From: an uncultured Clostridia bacterium
GTDB taxonomy: Bacteria; Bacillota; DTU025
Direction of reading: 5' to 3'
NCBI GenBank assembly: GCA_964471415.1
Contig: CAYYHF010000001.1
Coordinates: forward strand, 1 to 41,231
Length of the DNA stretch: 41,231 nucleotides
Of this stretch, positions 8,170-17,033 are shown piece by piece. Position 1 is the stretch's first letter, and every line of letters starts with the position of its first letter. The notes under the pieces were generated by a model. It saw only the letters and a program-made list of their open reading frames with translations. It searched no databases and was not told where the DNA came from. A program made the translations under genes and the position numbers.

Positions 8170-9368
8170 AGGACTACTTCGTCGACCTTCACGTTCACGT
8201 TGGAAGAGATTCCAAAGGACAACCGGTGAAGGTGTCGGGCGCGCGCAACCTCACCTTAGACAGCATTGCGCGCGAGGCCGCTTCGCGCAAGGGCCTCGAT
8301 GTGGTGGGCGTGGTGGACTGCGCGTCACGGCGCGTGCTTGACGATATAGATCGCCTGTTGCAGTCAGGCGTGATGAAAGAGGCTTCAGGCGGCGGCCTCA
8401 GTTATCTGGGGCGCACGACTGTGATTTTGGGCGCTGAGGTGGAAGCGGCCTGCTCAGGGCAGGCACGCGGCATCTCCAAAGGAAGCGCGCACTACGTAGC
8501 ATATTTCGCCACGCTTGCCCAGGCGCGCGAATTCTCCCGAGAGCTTGCCCGGCACACCTCCAACATCGACCTTGGCACCCAAAAGACCAGGCTTCTGCCG
8601 CAACAGCTGGCTCAGCTCGCAACGGATGTGGGCGGGCTGTTTGTGGTCGCGCACGCTTTCACCCCACACAAGAGCATATACGGCACGTGCGCTCGGCGGA
8701 TGGCGGACGTGTTCGGCGATGCATGCCGCACGCTAGTGGCCGCTGTGGAGCTTGGGCTATCCGCCGATACCCAGATGGCGGACGGAATCGAAGAGCTTGC
8801 GGACTACACGTTTGTGTCCAACTCGGACGCGCATTCGCTTGGGCGTATGGGGCGGGAGTACAACGTGATGCGCATGGCATCGCCGTCCTTTGCCGAAGTC
8901 TCGCTGGCCTTGGCGCGTCTAGACGGCAGGCGCGTGACAGCCAACTACGGCCTCCACCCCAGGCTGGGAAAGTACCACTTGAGCGCGTGTTCATTGTGTG
9001 GAGCCCGCTTCCGAGCCGCCGGCATGGAGCCGGGGTGTCCGCAGTGCGGCAGCTTGCGCGTAGTGCAGGGCGTGTCCGACCGTATCCGCGAGATCTCCGA
9101 TTGGCCGGAGCCGAAGCACCCAGCCCACCGTCCCCCATACATGTACCAGACGCCTCTGGAGTTTGTGCCGGGCGTTGGGCCGGTCGCCATCGATGCGCTG
9201 ATTCGGGCGTTCGGGTCGGAGATGGGCGCGCTTCACTACGCAACACGCGATCAGTTGGCCAATGCTGTGGGAGAGCGCTTAGCGGATAGGATACTTATGG
9301 CGCGCGAGGGCAGGCTCGTCGTCCAGCCGGGAGGAGGCGGCGCCTACGGACGGGCATTGCTTGAGTAA
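8166..9368 (+). CDS. EndoQ-like PHP-domain endonuclease (TIGR00375-type protein)
   Basis: The ATG at 8166 forms an ATGA overlap with the nudF stop. It has DLHVHVGR at the N-terminus, then AHAFTPHKSIYG, ELGLSADTQMAD, SNSDAHSLGRMGREYN and a CxxC...CPQC zinc ribbon. These match motifs I recall from Pyrococcus EndoQ. Confidence 0.75.
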   Translation: MKDYFVDLHVHVGRDSKGQPVKVSGARNLTLDSIAREAASRKGLDVVGVVDCASRRVLDDIDRLLQSGVMKEASGGGLSYLGRTTVILGAEVEAACSGQARGISKGSAHYVAYFATLAQAREFSRELARHTSNIDLGTQKTRLLPQQLAQLATDVGGLFVVAHAFTPHKSIYGTCARRMADVFGDACRTLVAAVELGLSADTQMADGIEELADYTFVSNSDAHSLGRMGREYNVMRMASPSFAEVSLALARLDGRRVTANYGLHPRLGKYHLSACSLCGARFRAAGMEPGCPQCGSLRVVQGVSDRIREISDWPEPKHPAHRPPYMYQTPLEFVPGVGPVAIDALIRAFGSEMGALHYATRDQLANAVGERLADRILMAREGRLVVQPGGGGAYGRALLE

Positions 9369-9415
9369 AGCCGGTCATGACCCGCTCGAACACTGCATAG
9401 GGATGACCTGCGGGG

Positions 9416-10060
9416 GTGTCCCGGATGGCTAGAGGGCGAGAGGTCTGTGTAGCCGCGACTGGCTACATGAGAGCCAACGCGGCATGGTACGTGGCGGCGT
9501 TCGTCATACTCGCAGCCGGCGTATGCACCGGCGCTGCGTATGCTTCATCGATGCGAGATGGGAGCGCCGCGGTCCTCTCCTGTCTGCAATCGGGCCTGGC
9601 AGACCTGCGCGCCGTAACCCCCGGATCGAACGCGCGCGTTATGCTTGCCAGCATGAACGCCAACCTGTCCTCGGCGGCCATGATCTGGCTTGCAGGCTGC
9701 AGCATACTCGGTTTCGCCGGAGCGTTCCTGATTCTGTTCGTCCGCGGATTCTGCATTGGCTTCACTGTTGCCTTCCTTGTGCGCGAAATGGCGGGGGCGG
9801 GCGCCGTTGTGGCGCTATCGTCCGTGGTGCCGCATAACCTGGCGGCCGTCCCGGCTCTTATCGCAGCGTGCGCATCGTCAGTCGGGTTCTCGTGGTCAGT
9901 GCTGAAGAAAACCCTGCTCGGAATGGATGCAGACGTTGCTCGCGCCTTCGCGCAGTCGTCGGTCTGTTTCTTGCTCGCAGCCATTGTGCTAGTGTTTGCC
10001 GCATTTGTCCAGTCCTATATGTCTCCTGCATTCCTCATACTCGCGGCGCAGTTCGGGTAG
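9416..10060 (+). CDS. spoIIM: stage II sporulation protein M
   Basis: 214-aa polytopic membrane protein. LILFVRGFCIGFTVAFLV and VVPHNLAAVPALI resemble the SpoIIM family (the PHxxxExPA-like region). Its position next to xerD is typical of Clostridia. The start codon is uncertain (9416, 9425 or 9467). Confidence 0.75.
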   Translation: MSRMARGREVCVAATGYMRANAAWYVAAFVILAAGVCTGAAYASSMRDGSAAVLSCLQSGLADLRAVTPGSNARVMLASMNANLSSAAMIWLAGCSILGFAGAFLILFVRGFCIGFTVAFLVREMAGAGAVVALSSVVPHNLAAVPALIAACASSVGFSWSVLKKTLLGMDADVARAFAQSSVCFLLAAIVLVFAAFVQSYMSPAFLILAAQFG

Positions 10061-10179
10061 CGTGCTCTGCGATGCAGGACCACGTGGGTCCGTGTCGAAT
10101 TGCAATATGGCGATGCCGGAGCGTATTCGCCGCGTCCGCAAACCTCTGAGTTCCCGAGTTCTCGTTTGGAGGTCTCGCC

Positions 10180-11088
10180 TTGCTAAGCTGCATTGAAGAG
10201 TACATATCATACCTGGCGGTGGAGAGAGGTCTTTCAGAGAACACTCTGGAGTCTTACGCACGCGATCTCACGCAGTTCGCCTCGTTTGCCGCGAAGATCG
10301 GCCGGGGGGACGATGCGCCGTGCGAGGCGGATGTCCTTTTGGCAGGGCAAGCCACTCTCGCGGCGTTCATCGCGCACAGCGTGGAATCGGGCGCATCGTC
10401 GTCGTCGGTATCAAGGCGTCTCTCTGCTCTGCGCGGTTTTTATAGATTTCTGATCAGAGAAGGGCACATTGTGCGTGATCCCACTGCCAACCTTGAAAAC
10501 CCCAGGCAGGTACAGCGATTGCCCAGAGCGCTCACAGTGGAGGAAGTGGACAAGCTGCTTGCATCGCCTTGGGGCGATTCGCCGAGAGCTCTGCGCGATC
10601 GGGCCATGCTTGAGTTGCTATACGCTTCAGGTCTGCGCGTGTCGGAGTTGGTGTCGCTGTCAGTGAGCGATGTCGATCTGAAGATGGGCTACGTGCGTTG
10701 CATAGGCAAAGGCGATCGCGAGCGCATTGTGCCCATGGGGCAAGCCGCAGTCGAGGCCGTACAGCGCTATCTGGCTCTGGGCCGGCGCGGGCTCGCCGGC
10801 GCCGGCGACGATGGGAGGTTGTTCATAACGAATCGTGGCGCCGGGATGACTCGCCAGGGGTTCTGGAGGATCATAAAGCGCAGGGCACTTGAGGCTGGAG
10901 TGACTGCGAAAATCACTCCGCATACACTGCGGCACTCATTTGCTACTCATCTTCTGGAACACGGTGCCGATCTCCGATCCGTCCAGGAGATGCTGGGGCA
11001 CGCCGACATTCGAACGACCCAGATCTACACGCATGTCACCCAAGCAAGGTTGCGAGAGGTCTACGCAAAGCACCATCCCAGGGCATAA
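10180..11088 (+). CDS. xerD: site-specific tyrosine recombinase XerD
   Basis: TTG start 7 nt after TGGAGG. N-terminal core-binding motif YLAVERGLSENTLESYARDL. Catalytic region RDRAMLELLYASGLRVSEL, HTLRHSFATHLLEHGADLRSVQEMLGHADIRTTQIYTHV with the terminal Tyr. Confidence 0.9.
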   Translation: MLSCIEEYISYLAVERGLSENTLESYARDLTQFASFAAKIGRGDDAPCEADVLLAGQATLAAFIAHSVESGASSSSVSRRLSALRGFYRFLIREGHIVRDPTANLENPRQVQRLPRALTVEEVDKLLASPWGDSPRALRDRAMLELLYASGLRVSELVSLSVSDVDLKMGYVRCIGKGDRERIVPMGQAAVEAVQRYLALGRRGLAGAGDDGRLFITNRGAGMTRQGFWRIIKRRALEAGVTAKITPHTLRHSFATHLLEHGADLRSVQEMLGHADIRTTQIYTHVTQARLREVYAKHHPRA

Positions 11089-11109
11089 GCGTACGAAGGA
11101 GAGGGAGCC

Positions 11110-12300
11110 ATGAGAGCAGTCCTAGTGATACTGGATGGGGTAGGGGTAGGCGAACTGCCGGATGCGGATGCATACGGGGATCGCGGCAGCAACACTCTGG
11201 TCAATACGGCTAGGGCGGTTGGCGGACTCAGCCTGCCCACTTTCGGGCGGATGGGATTGGCCAATCTGGTTGCCGATGCCGGTTTGGAGCTGGCCGGCGT
11301 GGATCTGTGCGATAAGCCCCTGGCGTCCTATGGCCGCATGGCGCAGGTGTCGCCGGGGAAGGACACCACCACAGGGCACTGGGAGATCGCAGGCATCCAG
11401 TTGGACCAGGCGTTTCCAACGTATCCCGATGGGTTCCCTCCCGCGATCATCGCCTCGTTCGAAAACGAGATCGGCCGCGGCGTGCTGGGGAATGTGCCCG
11501 CGTCAGGCACCCAGATAATCCAGGAGCTTGGAGAAGAGCACATGGCCACCGGGAAGCCCATTGTATATACCTCCGCTGATTCCGTTTTTCAGATAGCCGC
11601 TCATGAAGACGTAATCCCGCCGGAAACACTCTATGAGATGTGCCGCGCGGCTCGGGCGATCCTGACCGGACCGCACGCTGTGGGCCGAGTGATTGCCCGC
11701 CCGTTTGAGGGCAGTCCTGGGCGGTTCACCAGGACCGTCAGGCGGCGCGACTTCTCCTTGCCTCCGCCGGGTCCCACCCTTTTGGACCTGGTAGCCGGCG
11801 CGGGGCTGGACGTTATGGGCTGCGGCAAGATCGACGACATCTTCGCGATGCAAGGCGTCACGCTTTCGGAGCACGTATCCGGCAATGACGAGGTATTCGA
11901 CGCCGTTCTGAGCTTTCTGGATCAACGCCGGCCCGGGTTGATCTTTGCGAACTTAATCGATTTCGACATGAAATGGGGCCATCGAAACGATGCGGAAGGA
12001 TTTGCCCGCGGTCTGGAGCACATAGATCGACGCCTTCCCGAGCTTCTCAAGCGGCTGGAAAACGGCGATCTCCTGACCATGTGCGCTGACCACGGCAATG
12101 ACCCCACTACGCCTAGCACCGATCATAGCAGGGAGTACGTGCCTGTGCTGGCCATGTCGCCCGAGGCGCTTGCAGCCGGGCGCGTGGGCAGGCCCCTCGG
12201 GATAAGGGCTAGTTTCGCGGATCTGGGCGCCACAATCGCCGAGTTCCTGAGAGTGCCCTGGACGCTTGCCGGCGAAAGCTTCCTGAGTCACGTACTCTAG
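11110..12300 (+). CDS. deoB: phosphopentomutase
   Basis: 396 aa. It contains [55 protein letters not shown] and ADHGNDPT, which are DeoB signatures. Confidence 0.92.
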   Translation: MRAVLVILDGVGVGELPDADAYGDRGSNTLVNTARAVGGLSLPTFGRMGLANLVADAGLELAGVDLCDKPLASYGRMAQVSPGKDTTTGHWEIAGIQLDQAFPTYPDGFPPAIIASFENEIGRGVLGNVPASGTQIIQELGEEHMATGKPIVYTSADSVFQIAAHEDVIPPETLYEMCRAARAILTGPHAVGRVIARPFEGSPGRFTRTVRRRDFSLPPPGPTLLDLVAGAGLDVMGCGKIDDIFAMQGVTLSEHVSGNDEVFDAVLSFLDQRRPGLIFANLIDFDMKWGHRNDAEGFARGLEHIDRRLPELLKRLENGDLLTMCADHGNDPTTPSTDHSREYVPVLAMSPEALAAGRVGRPLGIRASFADLGATIAEFLRVPWTLAGESFLSHVL

Positions 12301-12329
12301 GACTATCTGATTGTGCAGGAGGAGTTAGG

Positions 12330-13637
12330 TTGAAAGTCGCCGACATCATCATGAAGAAGCGCGATGGGCACGTTCTCTCGCCCGAAGAGATACGATACAT
12401 AATACACGGCATGCTTTCAGGCGATGTAGCGGACTACCAGATGTCAGCCTTCTGCATGGCCGTATTTTTCCAAGGCATGACCCCGGAGGAAACCGCCGCG
12501 CTCACCTGCGCAATGGCGGACTCCGGGCATCGGGCTGACCTATCCGCCATACGCGGGATCAAGGTAGATAAGCACAGCACGGGAGGGGTAGGCGATACCA
12601 CCACGCTGGTGCTGGCGCCTATGGTGGCCGCGGCCGGGGTACCCATAGCCAAGATGAGCGGTCGTGGGCTGGGGCACACCGGCGGCACCCTCGACAAGCT
12701 GGAGTCCATACCAGGGTTTCGGGTATCCCTCACCCAGCGCGAGTTGGTGGATCAGGTCAACCGGATCGGCCTGGCAGTTGTGGGGCAGACAGAGGACATA
12801 GCCCCGGCCGACAAAGAGCTGTATGCTCTGCGCGATGTCACGGCTACAGTGGAGAGCATTCCTCTCATTGCCTCCAGTATCATGAGCAAGAAGCTGGCCA
12901 CAGGCGCGGATGCGATAGTGCTGGATGTCAAGGCCGGAACCGGAGCGTTTATGCACGAGCTTGATCGGGCGCGGGATCTCGCCCGAGCTATGGTGGACAT
13001 AGGCCGTATGGCCGGACGGCGAACCGCGGCGGTGATCTCCGACATGAATCAGCCTCTGGGGCAGGCGATAGGGAATTCCCTGGAAGTGGTGGAAGCCATT
13101 GATACCCTGTCGGGCCGCAGCGCCGGCCGCTTGCTCCAGCTGTCCCTGGAGCTTGGCGCGCGTATGGTCGTTTTGGGAGGGGGCGCGCGCGATGCGGCTC
13201 AGGCCCGCGCTCTCCTGCGCGGCCTAGTCGAGTCAGGCGCTGCCCTGGGCAAATTGCGAGAGATGGTAGAAGCACAAGGCGGGGATGCGGCATGTGTGGA
13301 CGACCCCGACCGAATCGGCATCGCGCCGATGTCAGAGGAGATCACAGCCCCAACTGATGGTTACGTGAGCCAGGTAGATGCCCTCGCGCTGGGCCGAGCG
13401 GCGGCGGCGATGGGAGCGGGCAGGCAGCGCAAGACGGACTCGGTCGATCTTCACTGTGGGTTGAAAGTCCTGGTATCGGTGGGAGACAAAGTAGAAGCGG
13501 GCCAGCCGGTGGCCGAGCTATATGCAAGCAGCCAATCCAAGCTGCACGAAGGCAAGGCCCAGGCCGTCTGTGCCTTTTCTTACTCCACACAGCCATGCTC
13601 AGCGCCGCCTCTTGTCTACGATGCCATCGAAGGATAG
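12330..13637 (+). CDS. pdp: pyrimidine-nucleoside phosphorylase
   Basis: 435 aa with a TTG start after GGAGGAG. It contains DKHSTGGVGD, SGRGLGHTGGTLDKLESIPG and SIMSKKLA, which are thymidine/pyrimidine-nucleoside phosphorylase family signatures. Confidence 0.92.
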   Translation: MKVADIIMKKRDGHVLSPEEIRYIIHGMLSGDVADYQMSAFCMAVFFQGMTPEETAALTCAMADSGHRADLSAIRGIKVDKHSTGGVGDTTTLVLAPMVAAAGVPIAKMSGRGLGHTGGTLDKLESIPGFRVSLTQRELVDQVNRIGLAVVGQTEDIAPADKELYALRDVTATVESIPLIASSIMSKKLATGADAIVLDVKAGTGAFMHELDRARDLARAMVDIGRMAGRRTAAVISDMNQPLGQAIGNSLEVVEAIDTLSGRSAGRLLQLSLELGARMVVLGGGARDAAQARALLRGLVESGAALGKLREMVEAQGGDAACVDDPDRIGIAPMSEEITAPTDGYVSQVDALALGRAAAAMGAGRQRKTDSVDLHCGLKVLVSVGDKVEAGQPVAELYASSQSKLHEGKAQAVCAFSYSTQPCSAPPLVYDAIEG

Positions 13638-13756
13638 ACGCGCGCTTTTTGAGCAGGGCTTGTGGGCCGTTCGCGCAAAGAGAAGCGCTTTCTGTATAAC
13701 CGGGCATGCCTCAGAATATGCTCTCTTGAAACAAGAGACGAAGGGAGGCATGCCCC

Positions 13757-14980
13757 TTGTCGTACAAACCCGCCAGGGCCGTGCGAGTTTTCGCCGCCTT
13801 CGCCCTGCTGGTGTGCGCCCTGTCGGCCCAAACTGCCTGGGCTTCGTCGGGCGCTTCCACCTCTGCCGTGGCGGCCGCAGCCGCTGAACTCGCCAAGAAG
13901 GTGACGGCGCCATCGGCCATACTCATGGAGGCCTCCACGGGTCGGGTTCTGTGGGAGAAGAACGCCGATGCCCCTCGACCAATAGCGAGCGTAGTCAAGA
14001 TCATGACGCTCACGCTGGTCATGGAGGCGCTTCGAGCGCGTCAAATGGCCCTGACCGACCAAGTCATCACGTCAGAGCATGTGGCGTCGATGGGCGGCTC
14101 GCAGATCTGGCTGGAACCGGGCGAAGCCATGGCCGTGTCGGATCTTGTGAAGGCCGTGGCCATCGAATCCGCCAACGATGCCGCTGTTGCCCTGGCCGAA
14201 CAGGTGGCAGGAAGCGAAGCCGCCTTTGTGGCGATGATGAACGAGAAAGCGCGCGCTCTTGGATGCTCAAGCACTCGCTTCATCAACGCGACCGGACTGC
14301 CCGGGGCGTCCGATGACTGTATTTCGACAGCGCGCGATGTGGCTGTCATGTCCAGGGAGCTTCTGCGCTACCCAAAGATCCATGAGTGGCTCACCATTTG
14401 GATCGGCTACGTGCGCGATGGCAAGAACATGCTCACTAACACCAACCGTCTGATTAGGTTCTACCCCGGCGCCGATGGCCTAAAGACCGGCTACACCGAC
14501 AAAGCCAAGTACTGCTTGTCGGCTACAGCCATGCGAAACAATGTCCGAGTCATCGGAGTAGTGCTCGGTGTCCCCACGAGCGCAGTTCGGTTTTCCGAAA
14601 CATCGACCCTGCTGGACTACGGCTTTCGGATGTGCGAGGCTCATACCCTGGCCCGAGCAGGGCAGGAGCTAGGGCGAGTGCGGGTGGTCCGCGGTGTCGA
14701 TGAGTCAGTTGACGTGACCTTGGCTGCCGATCTGAACGTAGTCACACTGAGGGGCGAAGGCGGAAGGATTGAGGCCAAGCTCGCCCTCCCTCCACAGCTG
14801 GAAGCGCCTGTTGACCAGGGTCGCGTTGTGGGCAAGATGGTCGCGTTCCTGGACGGAGCGGAAGTAGCGGTAGCCGAAGTAATCGCATCTGAGGCGGTGC
14901 CGCAAGCGAGCTGGTTTCAGCTAGTGGTGAGGTACACGCGGGAATTCGCCAGGTCGACTTTTCTCTTTCCGCCGAATTGA
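13757..14980 (+). CDS. dacF: D-alanyl-D-alanine carboxypeptidase (PBP5 family), dacF-like by position
   Basis: TTG start 8 nt after AAGGGAGG. It has a signal peptide, then an SxxK motif (ASVVKIM), SAND (SxN) and KTGYT. It lies directly upstream of spoIIAA-spoIIAB-sigF, as in B. subtilis. Confidence 0.85.
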   Translation: MSYKPARAVRVFAAFALLVCALSAQTAWASSGASTSAVAAAAAELAKKVTAPSAILMEASTGRVLWEKNADAPRPIASVVKIMTLTLVMEALRARQMALTDQVITSEHVASMGGSQIWLEPGEAMAVSDLVKAVAIESANDAAVALAEQVAGSEAAFVAMMNEKARALGCSSTRFINATGLPGASDDCISTARDVAVMSRELLRYPKIHEWLTIWIGYVRDGKNMLTNTNRLIRFYPGADGLKTGYTDKAKYCLSATAMRNNVRVIGVVLGVPTSAVRFSETSTLLDYGFRMCEAHTLARAGQELGRVRVVRGVDESVDVTLAADLNVVTLRGEGGRIEAKLALPPQLEAPVDQGRVVGKMVAFLDGAEVAVAEVIASEAVPQASWFQLVVRYTREFARSTFLFPPN

Positions 14981-14992
14981 GGAACGAAGCAA

Positions 14993-15020
14993 GAAGGAGT
15001 AGTCCCCGCTCAAGGAGAAT
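14993..15020 (+). promoter_or_regulatory. Candidate sigma-H-type promoter for the spoIIA operon
   Basis: GAAGGAGTA (14993-15001), a 14-nt spacer, then AGAAT (15016-15020). Against the B. subtilis sigma-H consensus RWAGGAXXT-N14-HGAAT this matches 12 of 14 specified positions with exact spacing. It lies 38 nt upstream of the spoIIAA TTG. Confidence 0.4.
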
Positions 15021-15057
15021 CTGAAAGTGTAAAACAGACGGAGGCGGGGGAACAGCC

Positions 15058-15420
15058 TTGCTTGAGTGGGTGCTCCGCGGATCCGATCTCATCATTAACC
15101 TACAGGGAGAACTCGACTTGACCTGTGCCGACCGCACGGCGCGGGCCATCGATTCGCTGATCGATGCCAACCGAAGCGCGCGGCGAGTGATTCTCGCAAT
15201 GGACAGGGTTAGTTTCATCGACAGCTCAGGAATGGGTATGATATTCGGGCGGCAGAAGCGCCTTCTCGCCCGCGGCGCCGCTTTGGCCATTGCCGGCCCC
15301 GGCCCGCGCCTGACTCGAACCCTCGATCTCCTCGGCGTATCCAAACTAATGCCGGTGTATATGTCGCTCGAAGGTGCACTGTCGGCGCGGGAGGAGGTCC
15401 GAAAATGCAGCCCGAAGTAG
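15058..15420 (+). CDS. spoIIAA: anti-sigma-F factor antagonist (STAS domain)
   Basis: 120 aa. STAS fold with the phosphorylatable serine context FIDSSGMGMIFG. It is followed by spoIIAB and sigF. Confidence 0.9.
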   Translation: MLEWVLRGSDLIINLQGELDLTCADRTARAIDSLIDANRSARRVILAMDRVSFIDSSGMGMIFGRQKRLLARGAALAIAGPGPRLTRTLDLLGVSKLMPVYMSLEGALSAREEVRKCSPK

Positions 15421-15830
15421 ACTGGGCGCATGTGGAGTTCGCATCAGTCGCCCGTAATCTGGGCTTCGCGCGCGTTGCCGCAGCGAGTTGGGCGGCGGAC
15501 CTCGGGTTTACCCTGGAGGAGCTGGACGACATCAAGTTGGCCGTATCGGAAGCCGTGTCCAACTGCATTGTCCACGCGTATCCCGAGCATCCGGGCAGAG
15601 TTGTGATGACGCTGTCCACATCGGATGGCGCCTTTACCGTGACAGTGCAGGACGAAGGCATCGGCATATGCGATGTCAAGGCGGCGCGCTGTCCCGGCGC
15701 GAGCAGTTCGCCCCAGAGGATGGGCATGGGCTTCACCCTCATGGAGGCCTTGTCAAAATCCATGGACGTAATCTCGTCGCCGGGACGAGGCACAAGAGTG
15801 GTGATGTCTTTCACGCCGGGCCATCAGTGA
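15405..15830 (+). CDS. spoIIAB: anti-sigma-F factor (serine protein kinase)
   Basis: 141 aa. EFASVARNLGFARV, VSEAVSNCIVHAY (N-box), DEGIGI (G1) and GMGFTLME (G2) align with B. subtilis SpoIIAB. Confidence 0.9.
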   Translation: MQPEVDWAHVEFASVARNLGFARVAAASWAADLGFTLEELDDIKLAVSEAVSNCIVHAYPEHPGRVVMTLSTSDGAFTVTVQDEGIGICDVKAARCPGASSSPQRMGMGFTLMEALSKSMDVISSPGRGTRVVMSFTPGHQ

Positions 15831-16513
15831 TGCCATGGCAAGACGCGCCGCATGACGACGAAATCCGCCGCCACGCCGGGTTGGCGATGTCCATCGCCAG
15901 AAGGTTCGCCGGCAGGGCGGAGCTGGCCGATCTCTACCAAGCTGCATGTATCGGCCTGGTCCGAGCCGTACGCGCCTACGACCCTGCGCGCGGGACGGCT
16001 TTCACGACCTATGCCGCGGCGCTGATGATCTCAGAAATCCGCATGTACCTGCGAGGCCAGGGCCCGCTTCATATACCGCGGCCTGTCCGTGAACTCGCTC
16101 ACAAGTGCCGCGCGGCGCACAGCGCACTCAGCGCAGAGCTGGGCCGCGATCCGAGCGTGACGGAAATAGCCGCGCGCCTTTCTGTCTCTCCCGCCGATGT
16201 CGCCTTCGCGATGGATTCCGATGCGCCCATACGTTCCCTGGATGAGCCCGTGTACAACGCGCCCGATGCCCGCCTGTTGATGGACATGATACCCGGCGAA
16301 CTCGCTTGGGATGAGAGCACGTTGAGCTCGGTCATGCTCCAGACAGCTCTTTCGCGCCTGCCCAAGGCGATGCAGGCGGTCATCGCGATGCGCTTCTTTG
16401 AAGAGCGCACGCAGGCCGAGACGGCCGCCCTTCTTGGAGTTTCACAGCCTCAGGTCCATCGAATTGAGAAGGCGGCGTTGGCTGCCCTCAGGCGCAGCGC
16501 CACTCGTGAATGA
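15830..16513 (+). CDS. sigF: sporulation sigma factor F
   Basis: The ATG at 15830 overlaps the spoIIAB stop (GTGATG). Region 2 is DLYQAACIGLVRAVRAYDPARGTAFTTYAAALMISEIRMYLR. Region 4 is RFFEERTQAETAALLGVSQPQVHRIEKAAL. The track ORF from 15488 is an upstream extension in a frame that overlaps spoIIAB. Confidence 0.85.
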   Translation: MPWQDAPHDDEIRRHAGLAMSIARRFAGRAELADLYQAACIGLVRAVRAYDPARGTAFTTYAAALMISEIRMYLRGQGPLHIPRPVRELAHKCRAAHSALSAELGRDPSVTEIAARLSVSPADVAFAMDSDAPIRSLDEPVYNAPDARLLMDMIPGELAWDESTLSSVMLQTALSRLPKAMQAVIAMRFFEERTQAETAALLGVSQPQVHRIEKAALAALRRSATRE

Positions 16514-16537
16514 AAGCCTCCGGCCCGTTGCATACTA
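16508..16537 (+). promoter_or_regulatory. Candidate sigma-G (forespore) promoter for the spoVA operon
   Basis: GAATG (16508-16512), an 18-nt spacer, then CATACTA (16531-16537). This fits the B. subtilis sigma-G consensus GHATR-N18-CATXHTA at every specified position. It overlaps the sigF stop codon. Confidence 0.5.
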
Positions 16538-16541
16538 GCCC

Positions 16542-17030
16542 GTGCAGGGGGTGACTTTCACCTTGGCGAGCCCCGGAGCGAAGAAGCAGAAAGCGGACGA
16601 TCGAGCCAAGTATCAGAAGTTGGCAGCGTCCATTGTGCCCCGGCCCCAACTGGCGCGAAACATCGCGGTAGCGTTCGTAGCCGGGGGACTCATATGCACA
16701 CTGGGACAGGCGGTCATGAACGCCTTCATCGCCTCGGGCATGACCGGCGATGAGGCCGTTGCGCCCACGCTGGCCACAATGATCCTCATAGGGGTGGTTT
16801 TGACTGGGCTATCCATATACCACCACATAGGCGAATTCGCCGGCGCGGGCGCCGCTGTCCCGATAACCGGGTTCGCCAACACCATAGCCGCTGCGGCCAT
16901 GGACTTTAAGCGCGAAGGCTACATCCTGGGCATGGGCGCCAAGATGTTCATCATCGCAGGGCCCGTTCTGGTCTACGGAATACTGGCTGGAGTGACCGTT
17001 GCGCTGATCCGATGGCTTTCCCGGGGGTGA
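16542..17030 (+). CDS. spoVAC: stage V sporulation protein AC
   Basis: Membrane protein with FVAGGLICTLGQAVMNAF and VPITGFANTIAAAAMDFKREG, as in SpoVAC. The true start may be the in-frame TTG at 16563 if transcription starts just after the sigma-G -10 element. Confidence 0.88.
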   Translation: MQGVTFTLASPGAKKQKADDRAKYQKLAASIVPRPQLARNIAVAFVAGGLICTLGQAVMNAFIASGMTGDEAVAPTLATMILIGVVLTGLSIYHHIGEFAGAGAAVPITGFANTIAAAAMDFKREGYILGMGAKMFIIAGPVLVYGILAGVTVALIRWLSRG

Positions 17031-17033
17031 ATC

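Noticed and set aside
10093-10099. Perfect Spo0A-box heptamer TGTCGAA between spoIIM and xerD, next to a small GGACC/GGTCC hairpin.
   Set aside because: A single 7-mer is expected by chance several times in 41 kb on two strands. There is no second box and no plausible Spo0A target gene downstream.
10180-11088. Tyrosine recombinase as a possible marker of an integrated mobile element or island boundary.
   Set aside because: The sequence and the context (nudF, spoIIM, xerD, deoB, pdp) fit the housekeeping XerD. There are no flanking repeats, no tRNA and no phage or transposon genes.
13638-13756. Search for a sigma-F/sigma-G promoter upstream of dacF. Elements examined were GTATA at 13694-13698, GCATG at 13704-13708, CAGAATA at 13712-13718, and a 7-bp hairpin TCTCTTG/CAAGAGA at 13722-13738.
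   Set aside because: The candidate -35 and -10 elements are 13 nt apart rather than the 15 or 17-18 nt required. No combination fits either consensus, so I do not call a promoter here.
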